Assembly: GCF_963921235.1 (NCBI RefSeq)
Contig: NC_086097.1
Span: 127,908,001-127,972,000 of the forward strand
Length of the DNA: 64,000 nt
Direction of reading: 5' to 3'
Origin: Mobula hypostoma
Taxonomy: Eukaryota
Made by a program: the position numbers and the translations under genes. The notes under the pieces are model-generated. The model did no database searches. It worked only from the letters and a program-made list of their open reading frames with translations, and had not been told where the DNA came from. Shown in pieces: positions 1-12,138 of the stretch. Position 1 is the first letter of the stretch; the number at the start of each line of letters is the position of its first letter.

Positions 1-735
1 CAATATTTGATAAATTTCAATGAGCTCCCTCCTCATTCTTCTAACCTCTAGAGAGTATAGGCCCAGAGCCATCAAATACTCCTCAAATATTAACCCCTTC
101 ATTCCCAAAAAACATTCTCATGAACTTCCTCTGGACTCTTTCCAATGCCAGCATATCTTTTCTTGGATGAGAGGCTGTAAACTGCTCACAATACTCCAAG
201 TGTGGTCTGACCAATGCCTTATCATCACATCCTTCCTTTTATATTCTAATCCTCTCAAAATGAATGCTAACATTATATTTGCCTTCCCTACCACTGACTT
301 AGCCTGCAAGTTAACCTTTGAGGAATCCTGCACGAGGACTCCCAGGTCCCTTTGCATCTCAGATTTTTGAATTTTCTTTCTATTTAGAAAATAGTCTACT
401 CTTTTATTTCTTCTACCAAAGTGTATGACTATACACTTCCTGACACTGTATTCCATCTTCCACTTCTTTGCCAATTCTCCTAATCTCTCTAAGTCTAAGT
501 GCTTCCTCAACACTACCTGCCCCTCCTACTATCTTTGTATTGTCAGCAAACTTGGCCATAAAGACATCAATTTCATCATCTAAATCTTTGACATATCATG
601 TGAAAAGAAGCAGTCCCAATATCAGCTCCTGTAGAACACTACTAGTTACCAGCAGCCTACCAGAAAAGGCCCCCTCTATTTCCATTCTTAGCCTCCTTCC
701 AGTCAGCCAATCCTCTATCCATGCTAATTTCCATA
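1..735 (-). mobile_element. CR1-clade LINE fragment (RT C-terminal region), decayed
   Basis: ORF 118..513 encodes LERLGELAKKWKMEYSVRKCIVIHFGRRN...QRDLGVLVQDSSKVNLQ...KANIMLAFILRGLEYK, typical of the CR1 ORF2 C-terminus. Homologous copies occur at 41545-44230. Confidence 0.9.
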
Positions 736-794
736 CTCGTATTTAGTGTTATCAATCTCAGCTCTATTAGGAAAGCCCAAAAGGATTTTTTTAA

Positions 795-1280
795 TTGTTT
801 ATTCATTTAGGGGATGTGGGCATCACCAGTAAAGCCAGCATCTATTGCCCATCCCTAGTTGCCCTTGAGAAGGTGGTGATGAGCTGCCTTCTTGAACCAT
901 TTCAGTCCCTGAGGCATAGGTACACCCACAGTGCTGTTAGGGAGGGAATTACATGATTTTGACCCAGCAACAATGAAGGAACAGCGATATGTTTCCAAAT
1001 CAGGATGGTGAGTGACTTGGAGGGGAAATTCCAAGTGGTGGTGTTCCCAGGTATCTGCTGTTCTCATCCTTCTGGGTGGTAGTGGTTGTGGGTCTGGAAA
1101 GTGCTGCCTCAGGAACTTTAGTGTGTTTTTGCAATTCATCTTGTAGATAGTACACTCTGCTGCAAATGCTCATTGAAGGTGGAGGGATTGGATGCTTGTG
1201 AAAGGGGTCCCAATCAAGTGGGCTGGTTGTACTGGATGGTGTCAAGCTTCTTGAGTGTTGATGGAGCTGCACTCATTCCT
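795..1280 (-). mobile_element. CR1/L2-group non-LTR retrotransposon 3' fragment
   Basis: ORF 855..1139 (LRQHFPDPQPLPPRR...YRCSFIVAGSKSCNSLPN...FKKAAHHHLLKGN*) has the SF...WNSLP...FK motif of CR1/L2-group ORF2 ends. Exact clade uncertain. Confidence 0.7.
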
Positions 1281-1547
1281 TGCTCCTGACTGTATGTCAA
1301 GAAATGGTACAATCAACTGTTTCCCTTTAGAGAATTTAAAACTGAAGTGCTCAGGAATTCAGAAATGATGCTGCATTAAGCCAAAAAATTGGCCATTGCA
1401 ATTTCATCCCAACTGTTCTCCAATTATCTGAAGTTGGATTATTAGATTATTCGCAAAGAATTGAACATTGTCCTTAAACTTAATAGTGACATCAACAAAT
1501 GTAGTGTCTGTGCCTCTTTTAAAGATAATATTAAGTATTCAGAGGTA

Positions 1548-1715
1548 CTCACCTCTCTCACTCCTTCCACTTTCTCATCTCCCTCTCTCTCTACACATCT
1601 CATCTCTCTCTACACATCTCAGCTCTATCTCCAGCTAATATCTCTTTGCCTCTGTCCCTCCTCCATATCTCTTTCCCTCTCTCCCTCTCTTACCTTTCTC
1701 TTTCTCTAATCTCTC
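1548..1715. repeat. CT-rich low-complexity tract
   Basis: Nearly pure C/T with imperfect (CT)n units. Confidence 0.8.
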
Positions 1716-1980
1716 TTAATCAACCAGGATTAACACAGAGTTTTGACCCACAAGGTCAACAATTCATTTCTTGCCATAGATGCTGTTTGACCTGTTAAGT
1801 TCCAACAGGCAGGGTGATTGTTGTTCCATTTTTTTTTCTGTATACATTTGCTGAAAACCCTTATACTTTTGGGAGGCATCCATCATTAATGCACATACAG
1901 CATAGAACATAGAACATAGAAATCAATGGTATATTACAAGCCCTTCACCCCACAATGTTGTGCCAACTCTAGAAACTGCC

Positions 1981-4765
1981 TAGAACTTCCCTAGCGCATA
2001 GCCCTCTATTTTCTAAGCTCCATGTACCTATCTAAGAGTCTCTTAAAAGACTATATTGTATCTGCCTCTACCACCTTCACTGGCAGTGCATTCCATGCAC
2101 CCACCACGCTCTGTGTGAAAAACCTACCCCTGATATCCCCTCGGTACCTATTTCCAAGCACCTTAAAAGTATGCCCGCTTGTGTTAGCCATTTCAGCCCT
2201 GGGAAAAAGCCTTTTGCTATTTACACAATCAATGCCTCTCATCATCTTATACCCCTCTATGGGGTCACCTCTCATCCGCTGTCGATCCAAAGAGAAAAGG
2301 CCAAGTTCACTTAACCTGTTCTCATAAGGTATGCTCTCCAATCCAGGAAACATCTTTGTAAATCTCCTCTGCACTCTCTCTATAGTATCCACATCCTTCC
2401 TGTAGTGAGGTGACTGAACTGAACACAGTACACCAAGTAGGGTCTAACTAAGGTCTTACATAGCCTCATGGCTCTTGAACTCAAAGTTGCTGTGCAGGTT
2501 GACAGTGTAGTTAAGAAGGTGTATAGTGTGTTGGTCTTCATCAACCATGGGATTCAATTCAAGACCCTATGGCCACGGATCCCAAGATCTCTCTGATCCT
2601 CCACACTGCCAATACTCTTACCATTAATACTATATTCTGTCTTCAGATTCAACCTACTAAAATGAACCATTCACACTTATCTGAGTGGAACTCTAGCTGC
2701 CATGTCTCAGCCCAGTTCTATATCCTATTGATGTCCCAGTGTAACCTTTGACAACCCCCTAGACTAACAACAACATCCCCAACTTCTGTGTCATCAACAA
2801 AACTTACTAGCCTACCCTTCTACTTCCTCATCCAGGACATTTTTCAAAAACTCACAAAGAAGTGGGGTCCCAGAACAGATCCCTGCAGAACACTACTGGT
2901 CACCGACCTCCATGCAAAATACGAACCATCTACATCCACCCTTTGCCTTTTGCAGGCAAACCTATCCTGGATCCACAAAGCAAGGCCCCCTTACTTTGTG
3001 AATGAGCCTGGCAAAGGGGAACCTTATCAAATGCCTTACTGAAATCCATGTACACTACATCTACTGCTCTACATTCATCGATGTGTTTAGTTACATCCTC
3101 AAAGAATTCAATCGGGCTGGTAAGGCACGATCTGCCTTTGACAAAGCCACGCTGACTATCCCTAATCAGATTATGTCTCTCCAAGTACTCATAAATCCTG
3201 CCTCTCAGGATCTTCTCTAACAACTTGCCCACCACTGAAGTCAGACTCATTGGTCTATAATTTCCTGGGTGATCCCTACTCTCTTTCCTGAACAAGGGAA
3301 CAACATTTCCAGCCCTCCAATCCTCTGGTACTTCTCCTTTCCCTATTGAGGATGCAAATATCATCGCCAGAGGCCCAGCAATCTCCTCCTTCGCTTCCTA
3401 CAGTAGCCTGGGGTATATCTTGTCCGGTCCCAGTGACTTACCTAACTTTATGCCTTTCAAAAGCTCCAGCATATCCCCTTTCTTAATGTCTATACACTCA
3501 AACATTTCAGTCCTCTGTAAGTCATCCCCACAATTGCCAAAGTCCTTTTCCCTGGTGAATACTGAAGCAAAGTATTGATTAAGTACCTCTGCCACCTCCT
3601 CCGACTCCGTGCACATGTTTCCACTATTGCACCTGATTGGTCCTTTTCTCACATGACTCATCTACTTGATCTTCACATACTTGTAGAATGCCTTGGGGTT
3701 TTCCTTAATCCTGCTCGCTAAGGCTTTCTCATGGCCCCTTCCAGCTCTCCTATTGGCCCTGTCTAACTCTCCTAATTTCATTCTTAAACTCCTTCCTGAC
3801 AATCTTGTAATTTTCTAGACCTCTAACGGTACCGAGATTCTTGAACCTTTCATAAGCTTTTCTTTTCTTCCTAATTAGATTTTCTACATCCTTTGTACAC
3901 CATGATTCTTCTACCATACCATCCTTTCCCTGCCTCAATGGAACATACCTACGCAGAATGCCATGCAAGTGTTCCCTGAACATTTGCCGCATTTCTACTG
4001 TGCATTTCCCTGAGAACATCTGCTCCCAATTTATGCTCCTAAGTTACTGGCTAGTAGTATCATATTTCCCCCTACCCCAATTAAATATTTTCCCAAATTG
4101 TCTGCTCCTATCCCTCTCCAGCACTATGGTAAAGGAGATAGATTTGCTCTCTCACCGAGAGATCTGACACCTGACCAGCTTCATTTCCTTTTACCAGATC
4201 AAGTACAACCTCTCCTCCAGTTGTCTTATCTACATATTGCAACAGGAAACCATCCTGAACACACCTGATAAGCTCCATCTCATCCAAACCCCTTGCTGTA
4301 AGGAGATACTAATCAATATTTGTAAAGTTAAAATCACCCATCACAACAACCCTATTATTATTATTGCACTGTACCAGAATCTGTCTCTATTTGCTCTTCG
4401 ATGTCTCTGATACTATTGGGGGAGGGTGGGTCTATAAAAAACACCCAGTAGTGTTATTGCCCCCTTCCTGTTTCTAACTTACACCCACACTGACTCAGTA
4501 GACAATCCCTCCATGACCTCCTTTTTTCTGCCCCTGATACTACCCCTGATTAGCAATGCCATGCCCCCACCTCTTTTGCCTCCCTCCCTTTCCTTCTGAA
4601 ACAACTGAAGCCTGGCACACTCAGCAGCCTTTCCTGGCCCTGAGACATGCAAGTCTCTGTAAGGGTCAGAATATCATAGTTCCACGTATTGAACCATAGT
4701 CTAAGTTCATCCGCCTTGCTTATGATACTCCTTGCATTAAAATAGCCACATCTGAAACCATCTGG
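1981..4765 (-). pseudogene. CR1 ORF2 (AP endonuclease plus reverse transcriptase), disrupted
   Basis: YFNARSIISKADEL...DILTLTET (APE); PEDWRAGNVVPLFRK...NYRPMSLTSVVGK...QRGFVKGRSCLT...YMDFSKAFDKVP (RT); TIERVQRRFTKMFPGL...WNALP (C-terminus). Multiple frameshifts. Confidence 0.88.
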
Positions 4766-4890
4766 CTGAGTGCATCTTTGCTCTATCACCTGCCTATCCT
4801 TCCTCTCAAACTCCCCACAAGCTGTCTGTACTTGTGCGCCAACTGCCCCATCCTCTGCCTCTTCACTTTGGTTCCCACTCACCTGCAAAT

Positions 4891-5823
4891 CTAGTTTAAA
4901 CCCTCCCCAATAGCATTAGCAGACCTCCCTCCCAGGATATTGGTTCCCCTCCAGTTCAGGTGCAACCCATCCCACCTGTACAGGTCACCCCCTCTCCGGC
5001 AAAGGTCCAAGAACTTGAAACCCTGCCCCCTGCACCATCTCCTCAGCCACTCATTCATCTGCATTATCTTCCGGTTCTGACCTTCCCTAGCTCCTTGCAC
5101 CAGGAGTGGTCCAGAGATCACCACCTTGGAGATCCTGCACTTTAACCTCCTTTCTAACTCCCTAAACTTACTGAGCAGGATCTCTACCCCCCACCTCCTC
5201 CCTTTGTCATTGGTACCAATATGTACCACAACCTCTGGCTGCTCACTCTCTCCTTCAGGAATATTCTGCAACTGCTAAGAGACATCCTGGACCCTAGCAC
5301 CCAGGAGGCAACACACTGTCCCGGCGTCTTTTTTTGCTGCTGCAGAATCTCCTGTCTGTCCACTTAACTATTGAATCCCCTGTGACATTTGCTCCACCTG
5401 ACTTCACCCGACCCTTCTGAGGCTCAGAGCCGACCACAATCCTATTGGTCTGGCTGCAACTGCCTTGCCCATCTAGACCATCCCCCTCATCAGTATCCAA
5501 AGGGGTATACCTATTGCTGAGGGGAATAGCCACTGGGGGACTCTGCATTGACCTCTTTCTCCATTTACTTCTCTTGGTGCTCACTGATCTATTCCCTGAA
5601 TTCTGCACTCTGGGTGTCACCTCCTGCTCAAAAGTCTTATCCATTAATTTCTCTGCCTCCCAGATGATTCTTAGTTCATCCAACTCCAGCTCCAGCTCCT
5701 CAATGCGGGCTTTCAGGAGCTGGACTTGGCTGCACTCCCCGCAGGTCTATTCATCAGGGAGACCATCAGGTTCCATGAATTCCCACATCCTACAGGAGGA
5801 GCATTCCACTGCCATATCTGCCA
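4891..5823 (-). pseudogene. CR1 ORF1 (CxxC zinc finger/leucine zipper plus SGNH/GDSL esterase), disrupted
   Basis: MADMAVECSSCRMWEF...TCGECSQVQLLKARIEELELEL, then esterase blocks TGDSIVK, VVVHIGTND and DGLHLNWRG. Contains a stop and frameshifts. Confidence 0.87.
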
Positions 5824-6859
5824 TCCTGGCTGCCCTGTACTATGGGCAACCAAGACCAAATCAGTAAAAACCAAAGGTAAAAACCTACCCTTCTTACCTG
5901 TTTCTTTGGTCTCAGCTTCTTCTCGTCGAAGTCTCTTGAGTCAAAGCCTTGGAGTTCCCACTCTGACTCTGGCCCCCACTCTGATGATACCCACTCCAAT
6001 GATGGTCTCTCCACTAGACCCTATCTCTCTTTTATGGTTTAAAAAAAATAAGAAAACCCCCCATGCAAGGAGAAACAACTCACCGCGTTTGACGGTGTTC
6101 TATCTGCCTTCCGCTGCCGCCGATGCCTCTGACCAATGAATGAATTTGCTTGCTGACACTGATCAGCATCAGTGGGCATCATACCGAGAAAAGGAAACTG
6201 AGAGCAATTGCTGTGCAACCTGAGAAACCCCTCAGATAGCTGTGGCATTATTTACATGGCCAGGCCTGGAGTACTTTGTGGATATAGCAGATATCCTGGA
6301 TGCAGGAAAGAAGAGGGTGTGGAAATGATCACTGGCAGGAGAAGGTAGCACATCCATGCCTATAGTGATGTCACGAAGACTTGGTTCCATGGTACAACGT
6401 TAAGGATCTCACAAAGTTAATGAAACAGCATCAAATTCCATTATCCAACAAATGGGCCAGCACACTCAAATATTTACCACTCCACTAACACAGATAAGAA
6501 ATTTTCATATCTAATCCACAGATTTATTCAATCAAAACACACTTTAAAATTTCTTATATATTTCGGATACACTCACTAAAACCCCTCCTTCCTGCAGTTG
6601 GAGATTGATGCCCTGTCACTAGCCACATGGCTATAATTTGCCTCAGGTCTGACAACGGGGTGTGCTCAGAGACTCGACAGATGGAACAGTGCTAATTTCC
6701 AAACCTCCATCTGAAATTCATCTCCCTTCTTTCAAAGAATCTTAGCTCCACAGAGCAAAGTTGGTTTAGTACCAGCAACTCAAGCTTCACAGGAGATATT
6801 AAACTGTGCTGAGCATAAGAAGCCACCTGAACCTAAGGACATAGCTTTTGTTTCAGTGG

Positions 6860-7269
6860 CACCAATCGTAAAGCGGTTTCTCAATGTCAACAAGACAAAC
6901 AAGATGTTTATCAACTTCAGGGGAATTCACACCCTTCTTTATGTCAGCAGCGCAACAATGGAAAATGCAAACATTTTCAAACTCTTGGGAGTACACATCT
7001 CACACAACCTCTCATCATCCCAGAATACATCCTACATAATCAAGAAAGCTCACCAATGCCTCTACTTTCTGAGGAGGCTGAAGAAAGCTGGACTATGCAC
7101 ATGAATACTTATGACCTTCTGCAGATGCGCAGCGGAGAGCATCCTAACATGTTGTAATATTTTGTGGTACAGAAACTGCACTGCAGCAGACAGGAGATTA
7201 TACAAAGTATAGACAAAACTGCCCAATGCCTCACCAGCACCGGTCTACCCGCCATCAAGGGCATATATA
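6860..7269 (+). mobile_element. Rex1/Babar LINE fragment, left part (split by Tc1)
   Basis: LNVNKTNKMFINFR...FKLLGVHISHNLS...KKAHQCLYFLRRLKKAGL...LPAIKGIY. The reading continues at 9971. Confidence 0.85.
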
Positions 7270-7490
7270 CAGTGCCTACAAAATGTATTCACCTGCCCTT
7301 GGAAGCTTTCATGTTTTATTGTTTTACAGCATTGAATCACAGTGGATTTCATTTGTCTTTTTTTTGACACTGATCAACAAAAAAGACTGCTTCATGTCAA
7401 AGTGAAAATACAGTTCTACAAATTGGTCTAAATTTATTACAATTATTAAACACAAAATAATTGATTGCAATAGTATTCACCCCCTTCAAG

Positions 7491-8455
7491 TCAGTATTTA
7501 ATAGATGCACCTTTGGCAGCAATTACAGCCGTGAGTCTGTGTGGATAGGTCTATATCAGCTTTGCACATCTGGACGCTGTAATTTTTCCCTATTCTTCTT
7601 CACAAGACTGCTCAAGCTCTCTCAGATTGTATGGGGATCATCCTAAACAGTGAACAGTCCTTTTCAAATCCAGCCCCAAATTCTCAATTGGATTGAGGTT
7701 TGGACTTGGCCACTCCAAGATGTTAGCTTTGTTATTTTTAAACCACCCCTGTGTAGCTTTAGCTTTAAGCTTGGGCTATTGTCATGCTGGAAAGCAAATC
7801 TTCTCCCAAATCCCATTTTCTTGCAGACTGCATCAGGTTTTCCTCCAGAATTTTCCTGTATTTTGCTGCATTCATTTTACCCTCTACCTTCACAAGCCTT
7901 CCAGGGCCTGCTGCAGTGAAGCATCCTCACAGCATGATGCAGCCACCACCGTGCCTCACAGTAGGGATGGTGTGTCTTTGATGATGTGTGGTGTTTGGCT
8001 TACGCAAGAAGCTCAGTTTTGGTGTCATCGGACCATAGAACCTTCTTCCAGCTGACTTCAGAGTCTCCCACATATCTGGCAAACTCTAGCCAAGATTTCA
8101 TGTGAGTTATTTTCAACAATGGCTTTCTTATTACCACTCTCCCACAAACCTGCTACTGGTGAAGCACCTGGACAACAGTTGTATGCGCAGTATCTCCCAC
8201 CTCAGCCACTGAAGCTTGGAACTCCTCCAGCATTGTCATAGGTCTCTTGGTGGCCTCCCTCACTAGTCCTCTTCTTGCACATTCACTCAGTTTTTGAGGA
8301 CAGCCCTAGGCAGATTTACATCTGTGTCATATTCTTTCCATTTCTTGATGATTGACTTAATTGTACTCCAAAGTATATTCAGTGACTTGGAAAATTTTTT
8401 GTGTTCGTCTCCTGACTTTTTCACAGAGTTGCTTGGAGTGTTCTTTAGTCTTCAT
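7491..8455 (-). pseudogene. Tc1 DD34E transposase, disrupted
   Basis: MKTKEHSKQL... N-terminus; LWSD, HGGGCIML, QHDN and PIENL catalytic-core motifs; AKGAS.KY* C-terminus. Contains indels and stops. Confidence 0.9.
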
Positions 8456-8656
8456 GGTGTAGTTTTGCCAGGATACTGACTCACCAGCAGTTGGACCTTC
8501 CAGATACAGGTGCATTTTCACTATAATCAATTGAAACACCTTGATTGCACACGTGTCCAAAAACAGATTTCCATTTAACTAATTATATGTCTTCTAAAAC
8601 CAACTGGCTGCACCAGTGATGATTTGGTGTTTCATGTTAAAGGGAGTGAATATGTT

Positions 8657-9900
8657 AAAGGTCAACGGCAGATGCTATCTCTCTGGCCCTACATTCCTCC
8701 TCAGAACACCTGGAGAATAAACACGCATATGTAAGGCTCCTTTTCATTGACTACAGCTCTGCCTTTAATACCATCATTCCAAATAAACTGATTCCTAAGC
8801 TCTGGAACCTGGGCCTTAGCACTCAGATCTGCAGCTGGATCTTCAACTTCCTCACAGACAGGACCCAGGCTGTAAAAATAGGGGACAAGCTCTCCCCTAC
8901 AATCACTCTGAGTGCTGGTGCCGCACAAGGCTGTGTACTCAGCCCCCTGCTGTACTCACTGTACACCCATGATTGTGTAGCCAAGTTTCCATCAAACTCA
9001 ATATATAAGTTTGCTGATGACACAACAATTGTAGGCCGTATCTCGGGTAATGATGAGTTTGAGTACAGAGAGGAAATTAAGAACCTGGTGGCATGGTGCA
9101 AAGACAATAACCTATCCCTCAACATTAGCAAGACGAAGGAATTGGTTGTTGACTTCAGAAGGAGTAGCAGACCGCACGACCCAATTTACATCAGTGGTGC
9201 ACAAGTGGAACAGGTCAAAAAATTAAGTTCCTCAGGGTCAATATCACAAATGACCTGACTTGGTCCAACCAAGCAGAGTTCACTGCCAAGAAGGCCCACC
9301 AGCCCCTTTACTTCCTGAGAAAACTAAAGAAATTTGGCCTGTCCCCTAAAACCCTCACTAATTTTTATAGATGCACCGTAGAAAGCATTCTTCTCGGGTG
9401 CATCACAACCTGGTATGGAAGTTGTCCTGTCCAAGACTGAAAGAAGCTGCAGAAGATCTTGAACATGGCGCAGCACGTCACACAAACCAATCTTCTGTCT
9501 GTGGACTCACTTTACACCGCACACTGTCGGAGCAGTGCTACCAGGATAATCAAGGACATGACCCAGCAGCCAACACACTTTTCGTCCCTCTTCCCTTCGG
9601 GAGAAGGTTCAGGAGCTTGAAGACTCATATGGCTAGATTTGGGAACAGCTTCTTTCCAACTGTGATAAGACTGCTGAACGGAGCCTGACCTGGATCTGGG
9701 CTGTACACTCCAAATATCCGGACCTGCCTCTCCGTTTTTTTGCACTACCTTACTTCCCATTTTTCTATTTTCTATTTATGATTTATAATTTAAATTTTTA
9801 ATATTTACTAATTTTAACTAATTTTAATATTTTTAATACTTAATATTTGTAATCCAGGGAGTGTGAAGCGCAGAATCAAATATCGCTGTGATGATTGTAC
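8657..9900 (+). mobile_element. Younger 5'-truncated Rex1/Babar LINE inserted in the Tc1 right TIR
   Basis: Long open frame [12 protein letters not shown]...[14 protein letters not shown]...[17 protein letters not shown]...[10 protein letters not shown]...[14 protein letters not shown], frameshift near 9220, ending RFGNSFFPTVIRLLN, then an AT-rich 3'UTR. Confidence 0.92.
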
Positions 9901-9970
9901 GATTCAATGTTGTAAAACAATAAAACATGAAAACTTCCAAGAGGGATGAATACATTTTATAGGCACTGTA

Positions 9971-10378
9971 CAGAAAAGTGCCAGGAAAAGGCCAGCAATA
10001 TCATAAAGGAACCCACCCAATCTGCCCATGGACTATTTGTCTCACTCCCATCAGGGAGGAGGCTACACAGCATCCACTACAGGATAACCAGACTCAAAAA
10101 TAGTTATTTTCCTCAAGATTGATCAACACTTCCACCCAGTTACACGCCTCCACAACTTCATCATTCCCGTCAGAGACGCCTTATGTATAGATACTCTGTG
10201 CCTAGAATCACTTTATGGATATACTATCTTTTGCATTGCTAATTATCATGTTTTTTTATTGTATTTTTTTTTATCTTATTGTGTTTTTATTTGTGCTGCA
10301 TTGGATCCGGAGTAACAATTACTTTGTTCTCCTTCACACTTGTGTACAGGAAATGACATTAAACAATTTTGAATCTTT
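9971..10378 (+). mobile_element. Rex1/Babar LINE fragment, right part (3' end)
   Basis: Resumes the frame broken at 7269: TEKCQEKASNIIKEPTQSAHGLFVSLPSGRR...RLKNSYFP, then the 3'UTR. Confidence 0.85.
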
Positions 10379-10429
10379 AATTAGCTTAATATTTATGAAC
10401 ACAGAGTCCTTCTAGTCATGTGTTTAATT

Positions 10430-10690
10430 CTACGTAAAGATCAGGCAGCATCTATGGAACAAAGGGAACAGTCGGTGCTGTGGTCTGAGACCCTTCATCA
10501 GGACTGGAAAGAAAGAAGGCAGAAGCCAGAATGAAAGGGTAGTGAGTTGGGGAGGAACATGAGCTGGTCGATGAGAGGTGAGTCCTGGCAAGACGAGGGA
10601 AGCAGGAGAAGAAGCAAACTGCTGAAGGAGGGATCTTATAAGAGAGAACAGCAAACAATGGAATAAATTCTCTTCTGCATCTTCATTTTG
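10430..10690 (-). mobile_element. Penelope-like element 3' end/pLTR fragment
   Basis: - strand carries CAGTCCTGATGAAGGGTCTCAG...GATGCTGCCTGA, the same terminal repeat as 11925-12138. Confidence 0.7.
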
Positions 10691-10799
10691 ATGCTCCACT
10701 GCAAAGTTTCTTTGAGGTACGCCTACCACGAAGAAATTGTCTTCCTCTCTTCAATGAGATTTCTGTGACACCACCTCCTATTGCTCCATCTTTGTGATC

Positions 10800-11400
10800 T
10801 CTGCTGATTCTTCAACCATGTACTCATCCAGACCTTTATCTCACCTGATTTCTTCCTCTCTCTGTCTCCCACTCTCCCTCTACTTGCCTCAATTGAAAAT
10901 GTCAATCTTTTTAAAATCCCTCTCTTCCTCCCTCCTTCACTCATCTCACTCCTTCCCTCTCTCATCTCTCCCTCTCTCTCTAATCTCTTTCCCATCTCTC
11001 TCAATCTTCATTTCTTCTCTCTCTTCCTCCTTCTCTATTTTCTTCTTCCCATCTCTTTCTCCCTTTTCTCACTTTCTATAATCTGCCTAATCTCTTTCTA
11101 TTATCTCCTCTCTCTCTCCTTTTCTTTCTTCCTCACTCTTCCTCTTCCTGTCTCATCTCTGTCTCTGTCACTTTCTTTTCCTCTCTCATCTCTTTCTCCC
11201 TCTCTCATCTCCCCTCTCTCCTCATCCCATCTCTCTTTATCTATAATCTTTCAAATTGTGCTCTCATCTGTCTCCCTCCCCTCCCCCTCTGTCTGCAGTC
11301 TGTCTTTCCCACCTTCTGTTGTCTCTCTCCTCCCCCCTCTCTAATCTCTCTTTCATTGTTTGCTCCTTTATTCTCCCTCCCCTCAACTCTAATCTCCAAG
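10800..11400. repeat. ~600-bp polypyrimidine (CT-rich) low-complexity tract
   Basis: Almost exclusively C/T on +, with degenerate (CT)n and (CTT)n units. Confidence 0.85.
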
Positions 11401-11924
11401 AGCAGGTTCACCTGTGATTGCATTCATTTATAAGAGCATTCAAAAAACAAACAAAATTGCTCCCAGAGGCTGGTAAACGATGAAGATAGTGTTCGTGGCT
11501 TATCAGATCTGAGCAGAAATGAATGGTGCTTTAGGGCATCCAAAATCAGAGATAGGGGGAAGAATGATGACGTTGTACACTTAATTTCAAACATATTGAT
11601 CCAAATGAATGCTGAGTGATATACTAAAGTGACATGCATTTATATTACATAAAGTGAATTTTTGTAAGCTATTTTTTCTAGTGTTGTATGATATGCTGTT
11701 TATCCAAGTAATCTGTTTTGAGACACTGTCAGGAATCATTTTTAGATATTTTATGAGTGCTTGCTGCCAGGAAGTTCCTCATTAAAGGAATAGGTTTGAA
11801 CTAAGTCACATTCATGTATGTAACTTAAGAATCCCTCAAAATTTCACTTTCTTTTGGGTATTTTCGTGGTCTGTAACATTTGCTTTCCCAGCTGTGGTAT
11901 AAAAGACAGCATTCACAATCGTGA

Positions 11925-12138
11925 ACAACAGGAATTCTGCAGATGCTGGAAATTCAAGCAACACACATCAAAGTTGCTGGTGAACGCAGCAGGCCATGCA
12001 GCTTCTCTAGGAAGAGGTACAGTCGACGTTTCAGGCCGAGACCCTTTGTCAGGACTAACTGAAGGAAGAGTTAGAAGGATCTCGGCCTGAAATGTCGACT
12101 GTACCTCTTCCTAGAGATGCTGCCTGGCCTGCTGCGTT
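11925..12138 (-). mobile_element. Miniature Penelope-like insertion with inverted pLTR segment (hairpin)
   Basis: 15-bp TSD CATTCACAATCGTGA at 11910-11924 and 12139-12153. Inverted arms 11981-12041 and 12080-12140 with 3 mismatches in 61 bp. Confidence 0.85.
12021..12056 (-). ncRNA. Minimal type-I hammerhead ribozyme motif (G8>A variant, probably inactive)
   Basis: - strand reads AGUC-CUGACAA-A-GGGU-CUCG-GCCU-GAAA-CGUC-GACU: helix I AGUC/GACU, short helix II, palindromic ACGU helix III, GUC cleavage triplet. Confidence 0.7.

Larger units (their letters stand above)
1899..6120 (-). mobile_element. Near-full-length CR1 LINE (5'UTR, ORF1, ORF2, (TTCTATG)n tail), decayed
   Basis: ORF1 zinc-finger and esterase pieces, APE endonuclease and RT pieces are collinear. 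The 3' tail appears on + as catagaacatagaacatagaa at ~1901-1921. Confidence 0.92.
7270..9968 (-). mobile_element. Tc1/mariner (IR/DR-type Tc1) DNA transposon
   Basis: TIR CAGTGCCTACAAAATGTATTCA... at 7270-7338 matches the reverse complement of 9901-9968. TA TSD at 7268-69 and 9969-70. Inner DR-like sites at ~7472-7488 and ~8639-8653. Confidence 0.93.
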
